60,919 nucleotides of DNA, from the NCBI GenBank assembly GCA_002269645.1, contig NIVC01000682.1, forward strand, positions 1-60,919, given 5' to 3'. This DNA comes from Macrostomum lignano. Lineage: Eukaryota. This document shows positions 17,001-27,934 of the stretch, piece after piece. The position numbers and the translations under genes were made by a program. Every line of letters starts with the position of its first letter. Positions within the stretch are counted from its first letter, which is position 1. A model generated the notes under the pieces. That model did no database searches, was not told the origin of the DNA, and saw only the letters and a program-made list of their open reading frames with translations.

Positions 17001-20000
17001 GAGGAGAAGAGAGGAGAGAGGAGAGGAGAGGAGAGGAGAGAGGAGAGGAGAGGAGAGGAGAGGAGAGAGGAGAAGGAGAGAGGAGGGAAAGGAGAAGGGA
17101 GAGGAAAGGGAGAGGAGAGGAGAGGAGAGGAGAGAGGAGAGGAGAGGAGAGGAGAGGAGAGGAGAGGAGAGAGGAGAGGAGAGGAGAGGAGAGGAGAGGA
17201 GAGAGGAGAGGAGAGGAGAAGAGAGGAGAGAGGAGAGGAGAGGAGAGGAGAGAGGAGAGGAGAGGAGAGGAGAGGAGAGAGGAGAAGGAGAGAGGAGGGA
17301 AAGGAGGAGAAGGGAGAGGAAAGGGGAGAGGAGAGGAGAGGAGAGAGGAGAGGAGAGGAGAGGAGAGGAGAGTAGAGGAGAGGAAAGGAGCGGAGAGGAG
17401 AGGAGAGGAGAGGAGAGGGGAGATGAAATAGAAGAGGAGAAAGGAGAGAGGAGAGGAGAGAGGAGAAGGAGAGAGGAGGGAAGGGAGGAGAAGGGAGAGG
17501 AAAGGGGAGAGGAGAGGAGAGGAGAGGAGAGGAGAGGAGAGGAGAGGAGAGGAGAGGAGAGGAGAGAAGAGGAGAGGAGAGGAGAGGAAAGGAGAGGAGA
17601 GGAGAGGAGAGGAGAGGAGAGGAGAGGAGAGGAGAGGAGAGGAGAGGAAAGGAGAGGAGAGGAGAGGAAAGGAGAGGAGGGGAGAGGGAAGGAGAGGAGG
17701 GGAGAGGTGAGGAGAGAGGAGAGGAGAGGAGAGGAGAGGAGAGGTGAGGAGATTAGATGAGAAGAGAGAGGTGAGAGAAGAGAACTGATAAGGGACATAA
17801 ACCTTGAGCGGACGGATTGCTATTGTGAAGCTTCAATTAGGACCCGCGGGCAGCAGTTTGCTGACTGCTGGCCTAGCATGACGGCAATTTACTCTCGTAA
17901 AAAAGTCACGAGGTTCGATCGCTCTCGCGGGCACACGTTGTTCTGCAGTTTATGTTTCGGAAAGCCTCAGACAAGTCGCGCGTGCGATTCACGAAGGCTA
18001 ACACGAAGGTTACAAAGGCTAACACCTAAAGACTTCAAGGTGTACACTGCCTGAAAATGAGGGAGAAAGCCCGGGCCCCCTGTACACCCTGTGGTAGCGT
18101 GCTCAGCAGTCAGCGGAATTGGTACAACTGCTTGTTACTTTGTTGGTTTGCCCTTGGTCTGCTCAAATCTGACACTTTGAGTCGCTAGTTGACTCACCGC
18201 TGATTAACCTCAACAATCCATCGCGTGTTGACATCCGTTGGAAGTTCAGGTTGCACAGACAACACCTGGGCGCCGAAGATGATGCGGCTGGTCAGCTGGA
18301 ACTGCTCAGCGTACAGGCGCAGGTACAGCAGCACCCAGCGGTTGTGCATGAAGGTTGGCGCACCCGCTGGTACAGGGAAATCGCTGAAACACGACATCTG
18401 CTTGCTGCTGATCATGGTGCAGCTGGAGTAGACGGATGCGTTTGATGTCGGATTTTTCGTGTTCCAGATTCCGCCTGATATTAATATTGATGTATGATTT
18501 GATGAAGCGCATGAAACAATTACCATAAAAGCTATTTACATTATAAGTAAACATAAGATATCATGCCTGACTCAAAACACCACCTACACTTTTCAAACAA
18601 GGAATGCTTAACGTGGCTGCATTGTACTCGTATTAAGCATGCTCTAAAGAGCACAGACTCTACATTCTCTAGGTTTGTCTCTCCAGAATTCGCTAATGTG
18701 TTGAGCGGCCTTCTCCGAGGCCACGAAAACCCCGGGACAGAGGCGTCGCCATGGATTTTATCGTGGGTGGGACAAAGCCAAGAATTCCACATGTACATGT
18801 ACAGGATTAAATTCCTACATGTACATTATTGTAAGAATCAGTGTTGTCAGCGCCCATTTTGGCGCCGCGGGCACTCATATTAGCGCCGCAGCCACTCATT
18901 TTGGCGCCGCAGGCACTTTGGCTCCGCAGGCACTCATATTGGCACTCATTTTAGCGCCGCAGGCACTCACTTTGTCGCCGCAGGCACTCATTTTGGCGCC
19001 GCAGGCACTCATTTTAGCGCCGCAGGCACTCATTTTGACGCCGCAGGCACTCATTTTGGCGCCGCAGGCACTCATTTTAGCGCCGCAGGCACTCATTTTG
19101 ACGCCGCAGGCACTCATTTTAGCGTCGCAGGCACTCATTTTAGCGCAACAGGCACTCATTTTGGCGCCGAAGGCACTCATTTTAGCGCCGCAGGCACTCA
19201 TTTTAGCGCCGCAGGCACTCATTTTAGCGCAACAGGCACTCATTTTGGCGCCGCAGGCACTCATTTTAGCGCCGCAGGCACTCATTTTAGCGCAACAGGC
19301 ACTCATTTTGGCGCCGCAGGCACTCATTTTAGCGCAACAGGCACTCATTTTAGCGCCGCAGGCACTCATTTTAGCGCAACAGGCACTCATTTTAGCGCCG
19401 CAGGCACTTATTTTGGCGGCGCAGGCACTCATTTTAGCGCAACAGGCACTCATTTTGGCGCCGCAGGCACTCATTTTAGCGCAACAGGCACTCATTTTAG
19501 CGCAACAGGCACTCATTTTAGCGCCGCAGGCACTCATTTTAGCGCAACAGGCACTCATTTTGGCGGCGCAGGCACTCATTTTGGCGGCGCAGGCACTCAT
19601 TTTGGCGGCGCAGGCACTCATTTTGACGCCGCAGGCACTCATTTTAGCGCCGCAGGCACTCATTTTAGCGCCGCAGGCACTCATTTTAGCGCAACAGGCA
19701 CTCATTTTAGCGCCGCAGGCACTCATTTTAGCGCCACAGGCACTCATTTTGACGCCGCAGGCACTCATTTTAGCGCCGCAGGCACTCATTTTAGCGCCGC
19801 AGGCACTCATTTTAGCGCAACAGGCACTCATTTTGGCGCAGCAGGCACTCATTTTAGCGCCGCAGGCACTCATTTTAGCGCAACAGGCACTCATTTTGGC
19901 GGCGCAGGCACTCATTTTGGCGCCGCAGGCACTCATTTTAGCGCCGCAGGCACTCATTTTGGCGGCGCAGGCACTCATATTGGCGCCGCAGGCACTCATT

Positions 20001-20410
20001 TTAGCGCCGCAGGCACTCATTTTGGCGGCGCAGGCACTCATATTGGCGCCGCAGGCACTCATTTTGGCGCCGCAGGCACTATATTTTGTCGCCCTGAAGC
20101 AAAGTTATTGATTTCCATAACCATAGCTTTTACTGGGGGGACATGTCCCCCCCGGTGGCGACGCCCCTGCCCCGGGGTTAGGGCCACAGGCACTTGATAG
20201 CAGCAGAAGCTACAGTCTATGGTCTCAACTCCGGGGTTTTGGGCTGCAGCCATGCAGCTGAAGTGAACCAGTGAACGCATGATGGAAACTGATCTCACCA
20301 ATATCGTCGCTAAGCTCATAGCAGACACAATCGAGGCCCTCTTCTAAGCAGCTTTTGATGCTCGCCAAGCCGCTGGGACCTGCTCCGATTATGCAGACAC
20401 ATTTGCTCAT
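14003..20410 (-). CDS. FMO: Flavin-containing monooxygenase (dimethylaniline monooxygenase type); 6 exons, complement(join 14003-14341, 14707-14892, 15001-15289, 16180-16626, 18198-18474, 20299-20410), 549 aa
   Basis: FAD motif GAGPSG, GGIWN, FMO fingerprint [11 protein letters not shown] (FxGxxxHxxxY), NADPH motif GLGNSG, FATGY, EAQARW, hydrophobic C-terminal anchor. All introns are GT-AG with compatible phases (1,2,2,0,0); spliced length 1650 nt. Confidence 0.95.
15385..16040 (+). repeat. 18-bp minisatellite (CTCTTGTGACTCTCCTGC)n, ~36 units, in FMO intron 3
   Basis: Direct repetition; source of the LVTLLP ORF. Confidence 0.97.
16671..17870 (+). mobile_element. hAT-type MITE (CAGGGGTCGG family) with a ~1-kb expanded (GGAGA)n tract, in FMO intron 2
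   Basis: Left CAGGGGTCGGTAAAC, right GTTTGCTGACTGCTG. 8-bp TSD GCCTAGGA / GCCTAGCA (7/8). Confidence 0.88.
18738..20169 (+). mobile_element. hAT-type MITE (CAGGGGCGTCGCCA TIR) with a ~58-unit 21-bp minisatellite (GCAGGCACTCATTTTAGCGCC)n, in FMO intron 1
   Basis: Left CAGAGGCGTCGCCA, right TGGCGACGCCCCTG. TSD CCCCGGGA / CCCCGGGG (7/8). Array spans ~18850-20085. Confidence 0.9.
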
Positions 20411-21319
20411 GTTTGTAAAAAGATATTTAAAGAACAGCTGGCTCTTTCGTCTCGTATAGCCAGCTCTATTTTTCCGCTTTAACCTTCACATATATACGTA
20501 ATGGTATAAATAAATGTGAAATCTTTCGGTTATAGAATTTCATTGTTGTTAGCTCGTATCTTACGTAATATCAGTAGGTTGCATAAGCTAAATGCAATAT
20601 AGTTTACACCCAGCTGTGTTCTACAGTGCACCCTGACTGGGCTCGTGCTATACTCCATATTATCAAGTCGCATGGCGCTTTGAGTGACACTTCTTTGCTT
20701 AAGAACGTTTAGTTAAAATCACAGAAATGAATACAATTACATTTGTATACTAGCGTACACAGGTGGACTTAGTGCGCGTTAATATACACACCGGCCGGAA
20801 AAGCTTATAGGTGTCCCTGTTTCTCTATGGCAAAATCCTATGCAGCGTTAATTGCGTTCTCTAGAGATGCTCTGCAGCGATAAAACGGCCTCTCCAGCTC
20901 ATTCCTCAAGAATATCGAGTAATGTCGATCCAGTTGTCCATGAATCGATATATCTATAGCTTGGCAACCGTTGCGCCGACTGCTGCAAGTAGTATCGAAT
21001 GCATATCGACTACGGAATGCCTCTTAGCTCTACGTCTGACATTCTGACTTGTGACTTGAGTTGCTATATTGTTGGAACCAAAGCAGCTGGTTCGATTCCG
21101 TTAGAAAGTCAGGACCGCTGTACAATCTGTGTGAGCGTGTGTGAGGGCGTTTCCCTTGTACAGTATCGGCATTACAGTGTCCACAGCTCACCTGTGAATA
21201 TGTAGCTTATCGATATATGGTCAAAATTTTCCCAATAGAAAAAAATCTTAGTGGCAGTCATGGTGAATAGAAAAAGAAGAAAGAAATGGAAGGAATTGTA
21301 CTCTTGTTCTCTTTTAAAA

Positions 21320-22215
21320 CGCCACGTCACCATGGATTTTATGACGGGGGGACAAAGCCCTCAATTCAACATGTACATGACTAAATTCCTACCTGTCCAT
21401 TATTTTGAGAATCTGTGTTGTCAGCGCTCATTTTAGCGCAGCAGGCACTCATTTTAGCGCCGCAGGCACTCGTTTTGGCGCCGCAGACACTCATTTTGAC
21501 GCCGCAGGCACTCATTTTAGCGCCGTAGGCACTCAATTTAGGGCCGCAGACACTCATTTTGACGCCGTAGGCACTCATTTTAGCGCCGTAGGCACTCATT
21601 TTAGCGCCACAGGAACTTATTTTAGCGCCGCAGGCACTCATTTTGACGCTGCAGGCACCCATTTTAGCGCCGCAGGCACCCATTTTAGCGCCGCAGGCAC
21701 TCATTTTAGCGCCGCAGGCACTCATTTTAGCGCCACAGGCACTCATTTTAGCGCCGCAGGCACTCGTTTTGGCGCCGCAGACACTCATTTTGACGCCGCA
21801 GGCACTCATTTTAGCGCCGTAGGCACTCATTTTAGCGCCGTAGGCACTCATTTTAGCGCCACAGGAACTTATTTTAGCACCGCAGGCACTCATTTTGACG
21901 CTGCAGGCACCCATTTTAGCGCCGCAGGCACTCATTTTGTCGCCGCAGGCACTCATTTTGGCGCCGTAGGCACTCATTTTAGCGCCGTAGGCACTCATTT
22001 TAGCGCCACAGGAACTCATTTTAGCACCGCAGGCACTCGTTTTGGCGCCGCAGACACTCATTTTAGCGCCGCAGGCACTCATTTTAGCGCCGCAGGCACC
22101 CATTTTAGCGCCGCAGGCACTCATTTTGGCGCCCTCAAGAAAAAATTTTTGATTTCCACAACGCGTCGCAAGGTGGGGTGGTGGGACAAAGCATTTTCGT
22201 GTCCTGTCCATAGTT
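21320..22215 (+). mobile_element. Diverged copy of the same MITE with a ~34-unit 21-bp array
   Basis: Left flank CATGGATTTT..GGGGGACAAAGCC..ACATGTACATG..TTATTTTGAGAATC matches 18750-18845. Same repeat unit at 21425-22132. TIRs eroded. Confidence 0.85.
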
Positions 22216-23389
22216 TTCACGAGCTACTGGAGGTTCCGCTCGCAACTATCTGACAGGGAAACGAGGGTTCTACTTAGCTTTAAAACTTCAACTTAATCTC
22301 GCATTGAAACGTACAACTTAAATCCTTGTTAATCAAAGGATCGTGCATTTCTCCAACCAAAGTTGCTTATTAGAATTGAAGCCTCCGAATGTGATAGCAG
22401 ACGGGCCAGAGGCCACACTTAATCAGGTGACATGTTAGCTGCTAACGAAGCAGTTCACAAAGGGGAGGCTTTGAAACACGATCGACATTGGTTAACTAGC
22501 TAAGCAGACAAATTGCGCTGCCACCTCCCTTTGCTTGTTCCAATTCAGCGAGGCGCTACCTGTAACTGAAGTTGAAACTCAAGCTGCAGCAAATTACAGA
22601 AATGACTCAAGAGATGAAGCTTCTCCTCAATCACAACCAGTATAGCTACGGTGGTAGGGTTATCAATTCGAATTTTCTTTTTTCATCTTTTTTACTTCTT
22701 GCATTCAAAACCTCTTGAGAATCCAAAATTAAAAGTCACACTTTTGTTATTCTGCAATCTGCATGCATATTAAAATTTGTATTTCTGTGTTTAAATTTCA
22801 CTCTGGTAAATTTAGTCTACTTTCTATACATCGAATTTATTCACTCTAGTGCAATACTCTCGAGGTCACTCTAGTCTTGTACCTTAGGTCACTCTACTAT
22901 AGTCACTCCAACTTGCTGAGATGCCAAGGCTGAGAGGTCATAAGCTAAATGTAGCTTATTCACAAATGTTTATTACATTCTTTGAACAATTTTACTCTGT
23001 GGACTCTATGGAACAATATGGTGATTTATTAAACTGAAAAAGGAATGCCTTCAAGAATATGTGCATGCTTTCATTTTGAAGGATTCTCATATAATAATTT
23101 TCATCTCTTATCTTTTTTGCTTATTGGGCGCGCGCCCTGAAGGGGGCACTAGATTGCTATAGTCACTCTAAATAGTCACTCTAAATAGTCACTCCACCTG
23201 GCTGTTAACCGTAAATTCCGCACTCAAAAAAATCAGAGTAGAATTCTTAGAAATGCGCTCGAGGCCGCTAGTAGTGTAGTATAGCTTTATGCAGCCCATT
23301 TGGGCTTACGCGCATTGAATTTAATCCAAGATAGCTTTGCCAATGTAACGGAACTTTTGTCTATGGTAGCAAGGCTGGCACAGCGGCAT

Positions 23390-23945
23390 TTAATTTGGTC
23401 CAGCAAGCATCAATTTGGTCCAACAAGCATCAATTGGGTCCAACAAGCATCAATTTGGTCCAACAAGCATCAATTTGGTCCAACAAGCATCAATTTGGTC
23501 CAAAAAGCATCAATTTGGTCCAACAAGCATCAATTAGGTCCAACAAGCATCAATTTGGTCCAACAAGCATCAATTTGGTCCAACAAGCATCAATTAGGTC
23601 CAACAAGCATCAATTTGGTCCAACAAGCATCAATTTGGTCCAACAAGCATCAATTTGGTCCAACAAGCATCAATTTGGTCCAACAAGCATCAATTTGATC
23701 CAACAAGCATCAATTAGGTCCAACAAGCATCAATTTGGTCCAACAAGCATCAATTTGGTCCAACAAGCATCAATTAGGTCCAACAAGCATCAATTTGGTC
23801 CAACAAGCATCAATTTGGTCCAACAAGCATCAATTTGGTCCAACAAGCATCAATTTGGTCCAACAAGCATCAATTTGGTCCAACAAGCATCAATTTGGTC
23901 CAACAAGCATCAATTTGGTCCAACAAGCATCAATTTGGTCCAAAA
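23390..23945 (+). repeat. 20-bp minisatellite (AATTTGGTCCAACAAGCATC)n, ~28 units
   Basis: Direct repetition. Confidence 0.97.
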
Positions 23946-24736
23946 GCTCGTGAGCGATTCGGCAAACTCTTGCCTTCTCGCAACTGTCTGCAGGTTGTTG
24001 CGTACTGCTGGAATGTCAGCGTGTCTACCAACAATTTTCAGTCGCTTTTCCAGAGCTCTGCTCATAGTCGAAATCTGATAACCAACCGGAACTGTTCCTT
24101 CAGCTTCTGCTGCATTTTCTGCACCGTCAACAGAGGGTTTCTCAACTGCATCGAGTAGCAGTGGGACCTGAGGCTCTCGAGCAACTTGCCTTGGCAATTC
24201 CTACCCTTTCGCAGACAATCTCTGCCGGCAGCGCGGCAGTAAACGCGCTGATGGATGCTGTAAATCATATTTTATTTTATATTCAGCAACCTTTTGTTCA
24301 CCCCGAGCTCGATTTCATTCATTTGGTCGAATGGGAACTTGGGAACTCGTGTACGAAAACGGGACTGGGATTTTTTGCGATTTGCGTTCTACACACTGCC
24401 TGACAGAGATGTCGAGAGAGTCAGGGCCACTGTTACACCCTGCTCAGACCGTTCAGGTGCCAGTGGAAATAAATCCTAACAAATCCAATGGTCAATAAAT
24501 CATAAATCAATGTTAGATACAATCAGGTATATGATTACTTAGTCTGAACTTATTCCGACTAATTCGATCATTAAATTGCAATATGTTTGTTTAGCCGTGA
24601 GAATGGGTGCAGACAGCTGATTGGCTGCAGTCCCAACTGGATTTGATGCTCATTTAAAAATAACTCAAATCCAATAAAATTCCCCAGGTGAAATATTTGC
24701 TTGTCTTCAACGAAACGAACTATCAGCGAAATTAAA

Positions 24737-25003
24737 ATGAGCAGCAGAATCGCGGCGATAATCCTGCTTGCCGCCATCCTGACAGTAATTGGCCCAACGG
24801 ACACCGTCGCCCGCTTCCCCCTAGGGAACTCCATAAATATCGGCAATTCTAATCAGTCTCAATCTGAACGCGTGTTAACTTACAGCAAACGTAACTTACA
24901 GAAACGTACAGCAAAAGTGTCTTCAGGAAGGCAAACATATTTAATAGCTCATATAAAAAAGCAAATAATCAAGATAATAGCAAATAACAGCTTGATTAAT
25001 TAG
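24737..25003 (+). CDS. Small signal-peptide protein, N-terminus paralogous to 27599-27934; may splice (donor near 24890) to an exon near 25107-25236
   Basis: ATG at 24737 (MSSRIAAIILLAAILTVIG...). The DNA around the start matches 27588-27660. The downstream structure is uncertain. Confidence 0.45.
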   Translation: MSSRIAAIILLAAILTVIGPTDTVARFPLGNSINIGNSNQSQSERVLTYSKRNLQKRTAKVSSGRQTYLIAHIKKQIIKIIANNSLIN

Positions 25004-26479
25004 CTTCAACCAAGTTTCATCGAACTCTTTACTACAATCACTTGAAAAACACCATAACCCTCTCACCGACAATCTTCACCTTGTCGACAGAACGTTTTTT
25101 CTCAGCAGGTGGTACGGTATCCTGGACCTGTCGATCCAAGAGGTTCAACGCGAACGTCAATCTGTTGAGAGCTGGAGGCAACCAGAGACAAAACAGTTCT
25201 AGGGATAGTGCCATCACTGAGGAGTCTCAGCCATAAGTCGAGCCTGGGAACGAGATGCCTTTATGTGTCGTCCAGATGTCGTTGTAAATCTTCAGCTGTC
25301 AGTATTATTATCAAGCAGTCTCGTAGGTGTGTCATCGTTATTGACTATTGTCGCATCTTGAGCTGGCTCCATATCCATAAATAATTGGTCGCACGACAAA
25401 TCGATTTCGTCAAGATCGACGTAGATTATATATGATTCAGTGGTAGATTATGTAGTATGTTATGGCCATTATTTAACTCCGTAACATACTATATAATTGC
25501 ATTGTATATATAGCATACTACGAGCTAGTAGCCAATTATAATCATTTTATCTGAGTTATGCAATGAAAATTTTTGTCATTGCTTAACTCTGCCTACAAGA
25601 TCGGTCATTACTTACAGCTACTAAAATTAGGCACCAAGTCGACCATAGACAAACTTGAAGGCCTTGGTGCAGTGCGCCATAGACAAAGATTTAGGCCTTG
25701 ACGCGACTGAAAAGTGCCATTCCAGCATCTGTTACAAAAAGCGATAGACTGGAAAGAAAATTTACAGCAACAAAATATCAATTTCACTTAGTCAACAACT
25801 AAGCAGTTTCTACCGATCGAGGAAGCAGATCTGGAAAAAGTCAAGGCGTACTTTGATAGAACCACAGCCGAAACGCTTACAGGACGAGGTGGTATTCGCC
25901 ATTCTCTATATTCTACCAGTACGTGAGAGAGGACAAGAACACCTTAAACATTTGAAACAGCAGTGAGCATTGGTTGCTGGTACCGACTCCGACAGACAAG
26001 AGTACTGTGAACTACCACCACTACCAACAAAGAACCAATCGAGTGACCCAGACAAGTGCAAAGACGACAGAACGAAGCAGGCGCGCATCTACGGAGAGCA
26101 TCGTCAACTGACTGCTCTGTATGAGAGGTCTTTACCTACATGGGTGAAAAACGGCTGCTTTTTTCCGAAGCCTCTTTTGAACGATTCAGAAGACAGGTTC
26201 CGTTTTTGTACGAATCAGGCACGCGGAGTCTTTTGTTTATTGTTTGTTTATGTTTTAAAGTTCACTTTTTATGTAATAAAAATATTAAAATAAATTGTCT
26301 ATGGTCGAAATGTATTTTCAGCGTTAAGCAATAACAAAATGGTGCGTGTTATTATAATACTCTTGCGTATATGTACAATGGTCATCGGCTTGCTTCGCTC
26401 GCCTCGAGACCATTAAATGCGACCTCAGACTTTCTGACCACAGAATGCGCATTATAAAGCTATTATCTTATACATAATC

Positions 26480-27270
26480 TACTGCTAAGATGTCAATTCT
26501 GCTGGGGGAAATTGCTGAGATGTCAAAGTTTATGGGGGTAAATTGCTGAGATGTCAAGGCTTACAGATGGAATTGCTGAGATGTCGACTGTCTGCTGGCT
26601 GACGCCGGCGCCCCGGACTCTGCCGGCGGTGCGGCCTTTGTTCGCGCCCAAGCCTTGAAGCGTGCCATCTGACGCTGCTTTTGCGATCCGGCAGCGTACT
26701 CTGTTGTTGTTGTTGTTGTTGAGATGTCAAGGCTTACAGGGGGAATTGCTGAGATGTCAAGGCTTACAGGGAAAATTGCTGAGATGTCAAGGCTTACAGG
26801 GGGAATTGCTGAGATGTCAACAAGGCTTACAGGGAGAGTTGCTGAGATGTCAAGGCTTACAGGGAGAGTTGCTGAGATGTCAAGGCTTACAGGGAGAGTT
26901 GCTGAGATGTCAAAGCTTACAGGGGGGGGAATCGCTGAGATGTCAACAAGGCTTACAGGGAGAGTTGCTGAGATGTCAAGGCTTACAGGGAGAGTTGCTG
27001 AGATGTCAAGGCTTACAGGGGGGGAATTGCTGAGATGTCAAGGCTTACAGGGAGAGTTGCTGAGATGTCAAAGCTTACAGGGGGGGGGAATTGCTGAGAT
27101 GTCAAGGCTTACAGGGAGAGTTGCTGAGATGTCAAAGCTTACAGGGGGGGGAATCGCTGAGATGTCAAGGCTTACAGGGAGAGTTGCTGAGATGTCAAAG
27201 CTTACAGGGGGGGGGAATTGCTGAGATGTCAAGGCTTACAGGGAGAGTTGCTGAGATGTCAAGGCTGTGA
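26480..27270 (+). repeat. 30-bp minisatellite (GCTGAGATGTCAAGGCTTACAGGGAGAGTT)n interrupted by a LINE 3' end
   Basis: Direct repetition; poly-G length variants. Confidence 0.95.
26586..26719 (+). mobile_element. Severely 5'-truncated RTE LINE 3' end (same family as 3812-4948)
   Basis: GACTGTCTGCTGGCTGACGCCGGCGCCCCGGA matches ~4829-4862; (TGT)n tail; TSD TGAGATGTC at 26577-26585 and 26720-26728. Confidence 0.9.
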
Positions 27271-27598
27271 GGTAAGCATGCAGCTGCAGAAATAGTTTAC
27301 TCAAAAAAATTTATTACTTTTTTGTTGGCTCCCTATTGGGAGGGGGCGCTGGTTACTAGTATGAGTTTATAGATATTGACGTAGGTATAGATATAGATAT
27401 AGATCCTAACGATAGATATTGCTAATCAAACGGCAATAAAGCATCTCCATTCGGCTGGCAATGAGTACAGGTGCTCATGGTGCCTCCTGCTGATTGGCTG
27501 TGCGATCTACCATCAATTATGCTATAGAGCTGCGAAATTTCTCGAGGCCAAATCTTCCAATTGTCACCAATAGAGCACAAATTACCAGCGAAATTGAA

Positions 27599-27934
27599 AT
27601 GAGCAACAGAATCCCAGAGATAAGAGCCGTAATCCTGCTGACCGCCATCCTGACGGTTGGCTCAGAAAAGACTTTCGTCAGTGTTCTGCCGCCGATTAAA
27701 ATCGACACACCTCAGAGCGCCGAAGCGGAGCAGCGTTTTTATGTCAACATATTAATTGCAGTTGCAATTATTCTTGGACTGCTTGGCTTCTACATTTTGG
27801 CTACCTACCTGCTAACCTGCTGCTGCTGCAGGCAAAGCAGCTCTGAGGCAAGGAGAAACCGACAGAACGGTGTGGTTATCAATAAAAACGATTGGACTGT
27901 TCCCATGGTTCCAATGGCTGAGCTGGGTGTGTGA
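27599..27934 (+). CDS. Single-exon 111-aa small membrane protein (signal peptide or N-terminal TM, second TM, CCCC juxtamembrane motif)
   Basis: ATG at 27599; hydrophobic AVILLTAILTVG and ILIAVAIILGLLGFYILATYLL, then TCCCCR. Inverted CCAAT (CTGATTGGCTG) ~105 bp upstream, also present upstream of the 24737 paralog. Confidence 0.65.
   Translation: MSNRIPEIRAVILLTAILTVGSEKTFVSVLPPIKIDTPQSAEAEQRFYVNILIAVAIILGLLGFYILATYLLTCCCCRQSSSEARRNRQNGVVINKNDWTVPMVPMAELGV

Noticed and set aside
14003-20410. Idea that FMO introns were created by the MITEs (introner-like)
   Set aside because: The elements lie well inside longer introns; their ends and TSDs do not coincide with the splice sites.
25920-26130. 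Apparent stop-codon readthrough frame (YVREDKNTLNI*NSSEHW...)
   Set aside because: No linked upstream exon or homology could be established; a chance open frame is sufficient to explain it.
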